Positions 1-12,830 of a stretch of 64,000 bases of DNA are shown piece after piece. Position 1 is the first letter of the stretch. Each line of letters opens with the position of its first letter. The notes beneath the pieces are model-generated. The model had not been told where the DNA came from, searched no databases, and saw only the letters and a list, made by a program, of their open reading frames with translations. The position numbers and the translations under genes are program-made. The DNA is from Selaginella moellendorffii (Eukaryota > Plantae > Lycopodiophyta): the NCBI RefSeq assembly GCF_000143415.4, contig NW_003314266.1, forward strand, positions 2,684,414 through 2,748,413, read 5' to 3'.

Positions 1-1951
1 CGGCGGCCGTCCAGGAATCCATCAAAGATCTCAATCGATTTGGCAATGTCGTCCGCCTCGTCACTTTCAAGCCATTTGAGTCGGCCGCCAGCGCGCTGGA
101 CCAGTGCAATGCCATATCAGAAGGTAAGAATTTCCCGAATCTTAGCTTAGAGCGTAGAAACTACTTAAAAACTACTCTTTCTTTGCCAGGGATCATGACC
201 AGCGAGCTGCAAGAGTTTTTAGGCTCTTGTCTCCCCAAAGTGAAGGCGGGAAAGGCCGCCAAGTTCTCTCTGGGCGTGGCGGAACCAAAGCTGGGGTCTC
301 AAATCCAAGAGAGTCTGGGCGTTCCCTGCCAGAGCAATGAGTTTGTTGCAGAGTTTTTGCGTGGCATTCGTCTCCATTTTTCTCGTTTCGTCCGTGATCT
401 CAAGGTGTCATTTTTTTCTCTCGTTTGTCTTTGGAGTTCTTACATTTGGGACTTCGACAGGAGGGAGATGTGGAAAGAGCCCAGCTTGGTCTTTCTCATA
501 GCTACAGCAGAGCCAAAGTGAAATTCAACGTGAATAGGATCGACAACATGATAATCCAGAGCATAAGTCTGCTGGATACGCTCGACAAAGATATCAACAC
601 ATTTGCCATGAGAGCCAAGTACGCGGTTGCACTTCTTCTCTTTGTCTTTCTGATTAGTTTTCGTTGTTGCTAGGGAGTGGTATTCATGGCATTTTCCGGA
701 GCTGGTTAAGATTATTAGCGACAACTACATATACGCAAAGCTCTGTACGTTCATCAAGGACAAATCTACTCTCGCGGATGAGTCACTTGAAGAGCTGACA
801 GAGATTACCGGGGATGAGGACAAGGCAAAGGAAATTCTTGCGGCTGCGAAATCATCCATGGGTGCGTTTCTTAGTATCCCTTGGTATTTTTATTTGACGC
901 CAAGTTTTGCTAACAGGTCAGGACATTTCTCCCATCGACTTGATCAACATCCAGGCTTTTGGAGAAAGGGTTGTCCGGCTTGTGGAGTTCCGAACCGTGC
1001 TCCATGGGTATCTCGTGTCCAAGATGCATGGAATTGCGCCAAACTTGGCTACTCTTATCGGAGAGATTGTTGGCGCCCGACTTATTTCACATGCAGGGAG
1101 CCTCTCAAACCTGGCTAAGTGTCCTGCTTCAACAGTTCAGATTCTCGGAGCAGAGAAAGCTCTATTCAGGTGCTTTATTTTATCTATGTATTTCGACTGT
1201 TTAAATCTTGTTCTCATCACTCCAGGGCTTTGAAGACCAAAGGTAACACGCCAAAGTATGGTCTCATCTTCCATTCTTCGTTCATTGGGAGGGCTTCAGC
1301 GAAGAACAAGGGCCGTATTTCCCGATACCTGGCAAACAAGGCCAGTCTTGCAACGCGGCTTGACTGCTACCTGGGTAAGCCTTTCGCCTCTTTATCTAAA
1401 GGTTTCTTTTGTGTGTCTTGTTTTAAGAAACGAGCACAAATGCTTTTGGACAAAAGCTGAAGGAGCAAGTGGAAGAACGGCTTGATTTCTATGACAAGGG
1501 TGTGGCGCCTCGGAAAAATATCGACGTAATGAAGCTGGCCTGCAAAGAGGCGCTGCAACAGCAATCGAATGCTGACGTGGAGATGGAAGACGCCGCAGAA
1601 AAAGAGAAAATAGCACAAGATGGAGAAGCCTTTCCAGAAGGTAGTACTTCTTTTTCATGCATCTTAAGATGATTGTACTCGTCACTGCCAGATGGAAAGA
1701 AGAAAAAGAAGAAAAAGAGGAAGAGTGACGCCGAGCCCATGGACATGGATGAGCCGCAGCCAGCTGCCGAGAAGAAGAAGAAGAAGAAGAAAGCGATTTC
1801 GGAGGAGGAGAACGGGCATCCATCAGTTGCAGTCGAGGACGAGCCTGTTTCAAAGAACGAGCCAAAGAAGAAGAAAAAGGCTAAAAAATCTGCCGAAGCG
1901 GCTGAGGAGGTGTCAAAGAAAAAGAAGAAGCGAAAGAATGCTGCCGAGTAA
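1..1951 (+). CDS. NOP56: Nucleolar protein 56 (box C/D snoRNP core protein), multi-exon, 5' end outside the window
   Basis: Spliced segments read [85 protein letters not shown] and [37 protein letters not shown] Lys-rich acidic tail ends [10 protein letters not shown] at 1951. Confidence 0.95.
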
Positions 1952-2046
1952 CTTAAAACTACGAAAGGTACGCTGTTTTTACTTTCATCTCTTTATTTAC
2001 GTAGTGGAAATTCCAGCCATTATAGCTGAAGAGGAGAGAATACAGC

Positions 2047-4390
2047 CTACATAGCGCTCTTCTTCCAAGCCTGCCGCGCAGCATCGCGTTCCTGGAAACA
2101 AAACACCAAACAGGGATGTATCAATTTTTCCACTTGTTTCTTTTTTTTTTCCCAACTTGTGACTTTAAAGCACCACTTACTTTTATTGCTTCCATTTCAG
2201 CCTCGTCCACGTTTCTCCTCTTCTTAGAGCCCCGCCTGTGTGGAGGTGCTTGCGGCACTTCATCGATGCACTTCCCCTCTTTCTTGCAAGCCAGCAGCCG
2301 ATTCGCAGCATCGATACCTTGCGAGCAAATCCTCCGAGAGTCAGGTACTGAAAACGAGCTTTCTTCCGCAAGACTCACCACTGTAGTAAGCTCCGTGGAC
2401 GTAGCCATTGTAGTGCTCGTGGGTGTGCTCTCCGCTGAAGTAGAGCGCTCCCTTGAGCGGCGCTTGGATTCGCTCAAACTCGTAGCTCTCGACGCCGATG
2501 GGCCAGTTTGAGAAGGATCCAACGAAGAAGCGATTAGAAAACCACTTTGGAACCAAGATATCGATCGGCTTTGGCACCGACGGCCCAAACATGTTCTTGA
2601 GAACTTCGTGGACTTCCTCGATGGTTTCGTTGCGGGGCTGCTGCTCGATACGCCGGGATTCGTCGTCGGTCACTGTGACAAACATGACGTTGGCTCCCGG
2701 GTACTCGTTTTCCAGATGCTGTGAAAGAAGAGTTAGTTTGTTTCTTTGAGATGATAATTCTATGTTTTAGATGGTAATAGGGGATTACCTGCCAGACTGG
2801 ATAGTATCCTCGGTGCTCGTCGGCGTAGAGCATGAACTCGGTGAGGGGTCCGTTTGATGGCCAGAACTTGTATGGAAATTTGAGGAAGATCTTCGTGTAG
2901 ACAGCCATGTCAAACTCGCTCAAGGCCTCGATCTTCCAGTCCTGCAAAAACCTTGGGCTTTAGATCTTGATTGTGGAAACTTTGGGTTTTGATACCGGGA
3001 AGGGTGGTATGAACTTGATGAGACCGCTCTGGAGAACCCCAAGGCTGACTGTGACGATCACGTACTTGGCTTTGTAGCTCTTGCCACCTTCGGTGCCAAC
3101 TGTTACACCATTCTTGGAGTATCGTATATTGTTCACCACCTGCGAGATGATCCAAGAGGTTTTAGCATTTGGGAATGGACATCATGGGCGATTGTCAAAC
3201 CGTGTTGAGCTTGAGCCTTGGATCGGTGATAACTCCATCCTTGGAATCCAGAAACTCTTCCGCCAACTTTTGGACGAGGTACGAGTATCCCCTTTGGTCG
3301 GCCACCAGGAAATTGCTATCGCCAAAGTTGTGAAAGGTGGGGTTTGGCTGGGTGTTCTTCAAGCTGGTAACTCGAGGAGGCTCTGGAAAGTATTCAAATG
3401 CTGGCATTGCTCTTGCAAGCATTTATACGTACCAGCAAATTCGTAGTCATAATTGTAGTAGTCGAGGACCATCTCCACTGGCGTCGAGGGGACCCTGCAA
3501 GATTTTGTGGTATATGGAGGTCCTTATTAGCGGCATAAAGCCTTACTTTCCATAAATGCGCTGTGCTGTGAGCACAGAGATATCGGCGCTATTGCTCTGG
3601 CTCTTCTTGATTCCAAGCGATTCGATCCACTCGGAGCTGTCGTCGAGCTTCTTCATGTAGATGTCGCCCAGCTTGTTTGCAAAGTGTCCACTGCAAGAGC
3701 AAAACATGAGAGAGATTAGATCCCATGGATTGTGTGTGTGTTTGTGTGCGTGAGAGAGAGAGAGAGAGAGATGATTCATGAGAAAAGAGTTGTGAGTTTT
3801 CCTCTCATATCTCGCCTGGGAGAAGTGAGAATGAAACTTTTTAGGAGAAGAGAAAGAGGGTCACAGAGTTCTTGTTCTTGGGAAAAGAGAGAGAGCATCG
3901 AGGCCATGATCATAGAGTTCTTTGGGAGATCCAGGAGAACTTGATGGCATGGATAGAATATATCTTAAAAGGAAGTTTAATGTGTTGGGCTCTAAGATCA
4001 CTGAACTCTTGGGTGTAGATGTTGCTGCTGAGATTGTCAAAGTTGGAGTAGAACATCCGGAGCTTGTGCTTGTTTGCGAGCTCCCAGATTGGGTTTGTCG
4101 TCGTCTCGTTGACACCCTCGACCCAGTTTGCTCCCAGCTCGATCCTCTTGCCCGCGAAATCGGCCTCGCGCATCCTCCCGCCGATCCTGTCCGTGGCCTC
4201 AAGGATGACAAAGTCGTCAATCCCGGCCTCGGACAAGGTGTTTGCAGCCATGATGCCTGCAACCACGGAAAACCAATGGCATTTAGAGATTCCATCCATA
4301 TACGAATGCCAATGTAAAGATACATCAAAAGAATCAACGTGTAGGATCACGAAACATATAGATCACGAAGAACTTCACGAAACGAATGGA

Positions 4391-4431
<41 letters not shown>

Positions 4432-4982
4432 CAGATCTTTCGTGAATCAAAGATATATGTACTAAGATCACGAAAACGAAGTGGTGAGCATGGAGTCTTT
4501 CTCTCTCTTTTTTCCCAGATCTTTCGTGAATTCAAAGATGTATTTGATAGAATGGAGTGGCTCTCTCTCTCTCTCTCTTCCAGATCTTTCGTGCATCAAA
4601 GATATATGTGCTAACGAAACGTATATATCACGAAGAACTTCACGAAACATGGTGAGAATGGAGTCTTTCTCTCTCTCTCTTTCCAGATCTTTCGCGAATC
4701 AAAGATACATCACGAAAAACTTCACGAAACATGGTGAGAATGGAGTCTTTCTCTCCACATCTCTCGTGAATCAAAGATATATGTGATAAGATTCTTCGTG
4801 TATTATATACCTGCCATTCCTGCACCAACAATTATCACGTCAAACGAGTATTTGGCATCGAGGGCATCCTCAGCAGCGATCTTCCGCGCTGCAGCGACGC
4901 AGCGCGATCGATCCAGAGGGACCGAGGCGAGGAAGAAGAAGAAGACGAAGGAAGACAAGAAAAAGCTCGAGAAGCTCCTCAT
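2047..4982 (-). CDS. PAO: Polyamine oxidase (FAD-dependent, secreted ZmPAO1-like), copy 1, multi-exon
   Basis: Signal peptide MRSFSSFLSSFVFFFFLAS, FAD motif VIIVGAGMAG, LEATDRIGGR, ELGANWVEG, MAVYTKIFLKFP (conserved Lys) and YFSGEHT..YNGYVHGAYYSG; stop at 2047-2049. Confidence 0.93.
4348..4795. repeat. Degenerate tandem minisatellite with (CT)n tracts in intron 1 of PAO copy 1
   Basis: About five recurrences of CCAGATCTTTCGTGAATCAAAGATAT and CACGAAGAACTTCACGAAAC...ATGGAGTCTTTCTCTCT. Confidence 0.85.
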
Positions 4983-5263
4983 GGTGTCTATAGATGATTG
5001 GCTCTAGCGGGATAGCCGCTTATAAATACTCCCAGAGATCCTGGAATCTTCTAAGCATCATTAGCAATAAAAGAAATTGCATCCGACATGGAGGGCTCCG
5101 CTGGATTGTCATTTTCACATAAATTAAACCCTCTCACTTTTTCTTTTTGGTTTTTCCTATTGGACCATTGTACAAAAAATTGTTTTTATCACTATCGTTT
5201 GCCACATCATTCATTCATTTTTTGTTTACATGGCCAGCTCCAAGAATGGAGCTATCAATGAAT

Positions 5264-7414
5264 TCAATGAGCTGAATTGACCGCTAATATTCCATGGAGC
5301 TGCTTATCCCACTCTCGCCTGGACAAATCCCGCTCCTAAACAAAAAGAAGACAAAATCTCCTGAAAAGTGCCAAGAAATGCTAGATCCTTACCTTGACAA
5401 CGCTTGCTTCCGCGCTCTCCATGTTTCGTCTCCTCTTCTCTCCGGTTCTGTGCGCCGGTGCCTTTGGTACTTTGTCCACGCACTTGTTCTTCTTCATGCA
5501 GTCCAGGAGTTTGTTCGCAGCGTCGATCCCTGGAAACCAAACTGAGCTCCAAAACCCGCGAGAACTTTGGCTACTTACCGCTGTAGTAAGCACCGTGGAC
5601 GTAGCCATTGTAGTGCTCATGCGTGTGCTCTCCAGCGAAGTAGAGAGTGTGGCTGAGCGGCGCTTGGATCCTCTCAAACTCGAAAGCTTCCACACCAATG
5701 GGCCAGTTGGAGAAGGAGCCGACGAAGAACCTGTTGGACCACCATCTCGGTACCAGGATATCAGTTGGCTTGGGCACCGACGGTCCAAACATCGACTTAA
5801 GCACTTCGTGGATCTCGGCTATGGTTTCATTGTTGGGTTGTTGCTCAATGCGGCGGGATTCGTAGTCCGTGACGGTGACGAACATGACATTTGCCCCTGG
5901 GTACTCGTTCTCCAAATGCTGAAAGCTTCCAGCTTAAAACACGATGGTGTGAAGAGTTTGAAGTGTCCTTACTTGCCATATTGGATAGTACCCGCGTCTC
6001 TCGTCGGCATAGAGGAAGAACTCGGTCAGTGGTCCGTTTGAAGGCCAGAACTTGTAGGGGAACTTGAGAAAGATCTTGGTGTAAACAGCCATGTCAAACT
6101 CGCTCAAAGCTTCACGTTTCCAGTCCTGCAGAGGGGATTGCACTGCCATTTAGCGGAGGATGCATCTACTTCGAATGAACTGACCGGTAAACCAGGGTTG
6201 AACTTGATAAGGTCGCTCTGAAGAACTCCCAGACTGACCGTCACGATGATGTACTTTGAGTTGTAGACTTTGCCGTCTTCAGTGGTTGCAGTCACTCCTG
6301 TTTTAGAGTACTTGATTTGGCGGACAACCTGCGAAGTTCGAAGAGTAGGATTGATCACTTTCATGTCAAGCCGTGGTACCTTGTTAAGCTGAAGCCTGGG
6401 ATCGGTAATTTTGCCGTTCTTGTTGGCAAGGAACTCCTCGGCTAGTTTCTGAACGAGGTACGAGTAACCACGCTGGTCAGCAACAAGGTAATTGTCGTCG
6501 CCAAAATTATGAAACGTAGGATTAGGCTGTGTGTTTTTCAAGCTCGTGACACTTGGTGGCTCTGGAATGTTCAAAGGAGAGAAACATGGTCAAGAAATCA
6601 AGAAAATAAGTAAGGTAGATACCTGCAAATTCGTAGTCGTAGTTGTAATAGTCGAGAACCATCTCGACAGGAGTCTTTGGAAAACTGTAGCCAGCACAGA
6701 TTAAGATGAGCAAGCACATTGAAAGATCGAGCGCTTACACTCCGTGAAGTTTCTGTGCGGACAAAACAGACATATCCGGGGCATTGCTTTCGCTCTTGCT
6801 CAGCCCGAGCTCATCAACGAAATCGCTAGAATCGTCGGACTTGCTCATGAGATTTTCTCCCAGCTTGTTTTGAAGATGTCCACTGCCCACAATTTAATGC
6901 CTTTCAGATTATCGTTTGAAGCGCAGCAAACAGAGAGAAACTTACTTCTGAGTGTAGATGTTGTGACTGAGATTGTCAAAGTTAGAGTAGAACGTCCGGA
7001 GCTTGTACTGGTTTGCAAGCTTCCAGATGGGATTCGTGGTGGTCTTGTTCACTCCTTCCACCCAGTTTGCTCCCAGCTCGATCCGCTTCCCTGCAAAGTC
7101 CGCCTCCCGCATTCGCCCCCCGATGACCTCCGTCGCCTCGAGAATAACAAAATCCTTCACTCCAGCTTCGGACAGTGTCTTCGCAGCCATAACACCTGAG
7201 AACACCACGAGCAGATCTCAGTCAGTTTCGACGAGATGGACTTCCGAGTTTGTCACTAACCTGCCATGCCGGCCCCAACAATAATAACCGATGACGGCGA
7301 TGGCTTTGGATCAGTAGCAAGCCTTCGAGCAGCAGCAGCAGCAGCAACGGCAGCATCGAGTAGCAGTGCTAGCAACGCGACGAGAAGAAATGTAGATAGC
7401 AAAGAACGAGCCAT
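5264..7414 (-). CDS. PAO: Polyamine oxidase, copy 2 (tandem paralog), multi-exon
   Basis: Signal peptide MARSLLSTFLLVALLALLL, VIIVGAGMAG, ELGANWVEG, MAVYTKIFLKFP and YFAGEHTHEHYNGYVHGAYYSG. Same exon structure as copy 1. Confidence 0.93.
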
Positions 7415-7873
7415 GGCCACTGCTGCCTCTCCGCTGCTTGCCGCTGCAAGCTGCACAGAAAACTAAATTACAGATTGTCTGAATGAAGAAGCAACATCCT
7501 TGCATATTGATAGGATCGTTGTACAGAAACTGTACGAATAAACCATTTTCGTCGCGGACAGAGATCGTGCAGCGCGTGGTATCGGCCAGCTGTACGGCTG
7601 ATCGGAAAGGTTTAGAAAAAGCAACGTCATAATCAAGCAAGAGCGCTGGTCTGTCTGTCTTTGCCAAATGTTTTTTCTTTTCTTGCTATACAGTCTGCAA
7701 AACCATGTCGCCACTCGGGTTAAGAGCACAAGCGACGAGACGATACCGTGGCGCTAAAGTTATACTCAAAACTAGTCGACGAGAGTGAGAAGATATCGCA
7801 AAAAAATTCTTCTATACTTCAAGCTGCAAGCGCCGGAGAGAGGAGTTAGTGGCATTCGGTCATAGGCATGAGT

Positions 7874-8993
7874 CTAGAGAGCTTGAGTACCCTCCATGGC
7901 AGCAGCCTTTGTCATCTCCTTAGTGATGGCGTCCACCAGAGCTTTGTCATGGTACTCGGGTCCAAACACCTTGATGCATTCCATCTTGGTGTTCATCAGG
8001 TAGCTGCCACAAGGCTGGAAAAGATATATCGGCTGCGCGAAGAGAAGTGAATTCGCTTACACGTTAGAGGAGTGCTCGACAAGGTAGTCGGATCTGTCCT
8101 CGTCCGTCTTCCTGAAAAACGCTCGGAACTTCCACAGCACCGGCCTCACATCGCTTGGCTTTCCAGTAAGTCCAACAAAGCCTGGGTGAAACTCTGCAGA
8201 GACAAAGGTTGGAAAGGCTTTTACGTTTGATTGAGCTCAACCTCTGAGGTAGTGCTTAAGTTGGACCGTGTTGTCACGCTCCGGATCAGCCGTGATGAAG
8301 ATCGGCACAATGCTCTTTCCTAAGTGTAATCCAACATCAAGAAAAAAAAATGGAAAAACGAAAGTAACCACGAAAACTCACCTAGTTGATGCACGACGCT
8401 AGCAATCTTCTCAAGCTGCCGCGGACAATCCTCGGGACAATGCGTGTAGCCAATGTAGATCAAAGACCACTTGCCAAAGAAGTCACTGTTCGACACTACT
8501 TTGCCAGACTGATCGAGGAGAGAGAACGGGCCACCGACGGTGATCCTCTCAGGCCTCACAGCCGCGGTAGATGTTTTTTTCGCTAAGGAAAAACAGACTT
8601 AGCATTGACAACAAGAAGAACAAGAAGAAAACAGAAAAACTACCTTCGATCGGTGGCCTCCCGAGGTAGAAATACGCGGCAAATGCGAGGCCCACGCCGG
8701 TCCCCAGAAGAATCATCGATCGAGCAAGCCAGTTCGCAGGCTGGAAGACAGAGAGAAAGAGAAAGAAGAAAGAATGTGTCATGGGATCCATAGAGAAGGA
8801 TCACAACCTCTGGATAGGGCACGATCACAGGGCGCTCTCTCTCGATTGAAAACCTCCTCCTGGAAGAGCAATATTTCGCCTAGAGAGCGAGGAATGCAGA
8901 GAAAGGAATGAGATTTTCGCGAACCTCTGGCGATGGCGCAGCGATCCTCTTGGCGAAGGAGGTGTAGTAGCGCCTGGACATGCCCAGCGCCAT
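7874..8993 (-). CDS. SCO1/SenC-family mitochondrial copper chaperone (HCC-like), multi-exon
   Basis: Presequence-like MALGMSRRYYTSFAKR, a TM segment, then GGPFSLLDQSGKVV..GKWSLIYIGYTHCPEDCP (CxxxC), IFITADPERD and DYLVEHSSN-YLMNTKME. Confidence 0.9.
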
Positions 8994-9681
8994 TGCTCAT
9001 TCCATACCTAAAACCCTAAAACAATATTATATAAAGCTATAACAATTTCAATTAGTGCATATGTCTCTTCCTTCTCCTTGCCATGGCAGCAGAGCAGGAT
9101 CAGAATGCCGGAACTTAAAAGATGCCGTTGGAGCTCATCCTCGCAATCTATCCGGCAATCACGAAGCATCCGGCATTAGAGAGAGTCGCGCTCTTCCAAC
9201 CCTGTATTCTTCAGCGAGCAGGATATTCGAATCATTGACATGGAAAGATTCAACAAATATCCTGTTTAGGACTTGTAGATTTTTATACTTCACCTACCTC
9301 AGTAAACTTGTCGCTCTTTCCTCTCGTGAAAAAAAGTCCCAGCAGCTCAGTGAGTAGAAAGAAAAGTTACTGCTTAGTTACAAATGCAACTATTCTATGT
9401 TGCCAGGATATAATTCTGGATGGGTTTCACGGACGTTTGAGGACACCGAGTCAAGAAGGCTGTGCATTTGGAGGTCTGCTAGAGGCATCACCCCCTCCCA
9501 GCTGCGACTGTTCACCCTGTGCAATCCATGCGAAAAGTGTGATCTCAATCTCTATGTGCATTCACTGGCAAGAATGAAATGCAGCCATACCTGGTCCACC
9601 TTCTTTCTCTTATTTCTCTTCCTTCTCCTTGCCATGGCAGCAATGGGTGGAGAGCAGGATCAGAACGCCGGAACTTGAAAG

Positions 9682-9813
9682 ATGCCGCTAGAGCCCATCC
9701 GCCCCGCCTGCCCGCCCACAGCTTTCTCTCGGCATCTAGGCCAGGGCGATCGCTGGAGAGCGGCGATTCTTGTTCTACAATCTTTGATCGATCGCGCGGA
9801 TCGCCAGGTTTGT

Positions 9814-9844
<31 letters not shown>

Positions 9845-10148
9845 GCGATTTAATCATCGGGAGCGTCTTGATTGCCAGATAGAGAGATTGCGACGGGCCG
9901 GCCGTGCAGTCGTGATCGTTGATAAAAGAGGAATCGAACCACCACAAATCGATCTGGTTATGATGGAGCAAAATTCGAATTTGTACGGCTGGGTCACTAG
10001 ATACATGAATGCATTCCAGTCGGTCGATGAAGGTCACCATCCGGTAAAACGTGGCGGCCCGCAGATGGACACCTCCATTCTCGTGGTTTTGATCTTTGCT
10101 GTGTGTATATCCTCATCGTTCTTGCCGGTCTTTCCTTGTGGGATTTGA
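9682..10148 (+). CDS. Putative two-exon orphan protein (~131 aa) with a C-terminal hydrophobic segment
   Basis: Exon 9682-9807 ends CAG|GT. An intron with a (CT)n tract ends in AG at 9878, and exon 9879-10148 joins in frame, ending SILVVLIFAVCISSSFLPVFPCGI*. No recognised homology. Confidence 0.4.
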
Positions 10149-10515
10149 TCGATATGCACCAGCGCCGATACAACTAGAAAAACCGCGGGATATTTGAATC
10201 GTTGACGGGCGTCTGTGCTGACAGGGCGACGTAAAATGCCACGTAGACGAATATCCGGTTTAAGGCTTGTGGTTATATATGCACTAAATATATCTTTAAT
10301 ATTTAATCATTTAAACCAGCCCAAACTAGGTCAAAATTTACAAATAAACTTGTCAATCCTTTCACTCAACGATTGTCCTCTTCGACAGCACAAAGATTTA
10401 CTGGTGCACGAGTTGCAGGCTATTTCACCAAACTAAAAGATGTCCAAGAAACCTTTTGATCCTAGGTTGTGAGAAACTCGAAGTACCACATTTAAAGCTG
10501 AGTATGCCAAATTTG

Positions 10516-12473
10516 CTACCAGTGTGCTGCCGACCTCATGTGCGTAGAGCAGCGCAGCATACTGGCGCTTGATCCTTCATCATCAACTTTGAGCGTTTTG
10601 TTGCTCCTGAAAGCACTGTGAATGTCCCCCTTTAATCTTAACACTGAAGGAGCAGTACCTGAATCGTTCGCTTTCCTCCGTTTTTTCTTGAAAATCTGAG
10701 GCTCGGCATCTTCCAGGCTGCACAACATGTCGTTAGAAAAGCCAACAAAACTGTGATAAAAAAAAGTGAACCTATGGCCACCAGATTCTCGGAAACTGTC
10801 CGCAGCACTTCTGCACACAACAGAGGGCCTGTAATCGTTGCATTAGCACTGTTATGAACAAAAAGTTGACTTACCTTCGGTGGTGGGCATCCCTCTTGCT
10901 CTTGGAAACCTGCCTCACGCTGCTGGGACCTTCCATGACACTAAAGCACAAATGAGAATGTCAAGGTGGCGATAGGATTGATGATGAATAGAGAGTACCT
11001 CTGAACCAAAGCCTCATACACCTCCTTTGGAGTTGGCCAGATCTTGTCGATAAGCATATGAGCTTGGCACACCCTTTCCCTGGCCACGGGCTCCCCCAAC
11101 AGGATGCTCTTGAGGTCAAAGTCACACAGTCTTGCAAAAACCACGTTCGACTTTGAGCTGAGACAGAAAGCGCAAGATCACCAGATCAAGGAGATGAGAG
11201 ATCCAAATGCACTTGCATAGTATACATACCCGAACGAAGTTCCATGAGGAATGATGCGAAACACGCGCAGATCTTTTTCAGAAATGTCCTCTTGAAACTC
11301 AGGAGGGACTGTGTCCGGATAGTCTTCCGGGATCAGCACTTTGACCCTCCCGGGCCTGGACACAAATATTTAAGCGAATTCACAAAGATAAGAAAGGAAA
11401 ACGGGAGACATACGTCGTTGAATGTAGCACTGCCTCGAGGTAAAAGCACCTGAACGACTTGTCTATGGGAGAAGGATTGCGAAGCATGTACCTGTACGCA
11501 AGGAAAGCAAGACGAAGATGGTAAGGATACAAGCAGAAAACTGGGTTTACCAGAGTAGCTGGCTACTGTCATGGAGCTTTTGTTTCTCAGTTACTGAAGC
11601 CTTTGCTGCTGCTTTGAGTTCAGCATCTGTAACATACACAGAAGATAATGATAAACCAAAGCGCGCCATACTTACAGTTGAAGGAGCAGCCATAGAAAAT
11701 ATTCGCCTCTGCTTCTAGCAGCATGAGCCGAGCATGCGCGACCGCATCTTCCACTTTCTCCCGGTGTGTTAGAACGTCTGGAAGAAGGCAAGGCACAAGC
11801 AAGTCCTCGATAAATGGTTCGGACTTGATGCTGCAGAGCAGAAGCTCCAGCTCTTGGTAGCTGAGTTTGCCGTAGCTTGGTGATGGCTGCCGTTCAACAA
11901 GTTTGACTATATCATACGAGAGGGCCTCGTAAACGGGTTGAGCTCGGTCACCAAACTTTTCACTTGAAAGATCCATCTACATGAACTGGTAAGAGACACA
12001 AAACAGAAACAAAGGAGGAAGGAGACACTCACCGTTTTGCGCTGAGCAAAGCGATCAGACAGCAAAGCATCACTGACAGCCATCCTTTGAGTCGCATCTT
12101 CTACAGAAACATGAATCAGTTCAGCTGCACGATAAAACCACCCAAACCTGTTACCTGAGTCCAGGAAACGTCGAGCGAGTTGAGGGCTGCATGGGTCCTG
12201 GAGGATGTGGCGAGCAGTCTGGAAAACCTCGTCGGAGATGAAATCTTGGAAGAGATCCCAGTGCTGGTGGATGTAGAGTAAACCCAGCAAATGGCCCAAG
12301 TCTGGATCCTGAGCCACTGCATCGTACCTCGTGTTGACATATTCCCCCACCAGCCTCTTCTCCTTGGCAAACCTCCTGAGTTTGTCATACTCATTACTTA
12401 CCTTGCTCAATTCCCTGAGACCCTTTCTTGATATCCGAGAACGCCGCTCCGACTCGAACCCCAGGTTTTCCAT
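10516..12473 (-). CDS. Uncharacterised multi-exon protein
   Basis: A chain of protein-like ORFs (11907-12479, 11620-11976, 11178-11363, 10941-11144, 10516-10818) separated by short GT-AG intron-like gaps. No family recognised; the start is uncertain. Confidence 0.5.
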
Positions 12474-12620
12474 TGCCACCCTAACGCCTCAAGGAGAGGC
12501 CATTTTGTCAGCTTCAAGTACCTTTTTTCCTTTCGATGCGCTCCATTCCAATCGCGCAGCGGCATTTCTTTCCTCCTCGCTATTGCCGTCGCCCTCTTCT
12601 TAGGCTTCCTGCTGGCACAG

Positions 12621-12830
12621 ATGAGGAGGAAGCGCCTGGCTGTTTTCGTGTCTGGCGGCGGATAAAACTTTCGGAGCATTCACAAGCCGATGATGGATGG
12701 CACTGATCTTGGAGATGTTGTCTCGGACAAGCCAGGTTAGTTCTTCTTGATCTTTTCATGGCTAGAATCCATAGCATTTAGTTCTTCCCATTCATTTGTG
12801 GCATATTTCCCAAGACGGACACGCCGCAAG
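12621..12830 (+). pseudogene. Phosphoribosylglycinamide formyltransferase (PurN/GART) fragment with a nonsense codon
   Basis: Reads RKRLAVFVSGGG*NFRSIH...GDVVSDKPG|gt, matching the PurN N-terminal motif LAVFVSGGGSNF with Ser replaced by TAA at 12663-12665. A GIFPKT remnant lies near 12800. Confidence 0.75.

Noticed and set aside
124-1692. Intronic snoRNAs in NOP56
   Set aside because: The introns are only ~50-70 nt and I saw no convincing C/D box pair.
4348-4795. CRISPR-like repeat-spacer appearance
   Set aside because: Eukaryotic intron with irregular degenerate units, no unique spacers and no cas genes.
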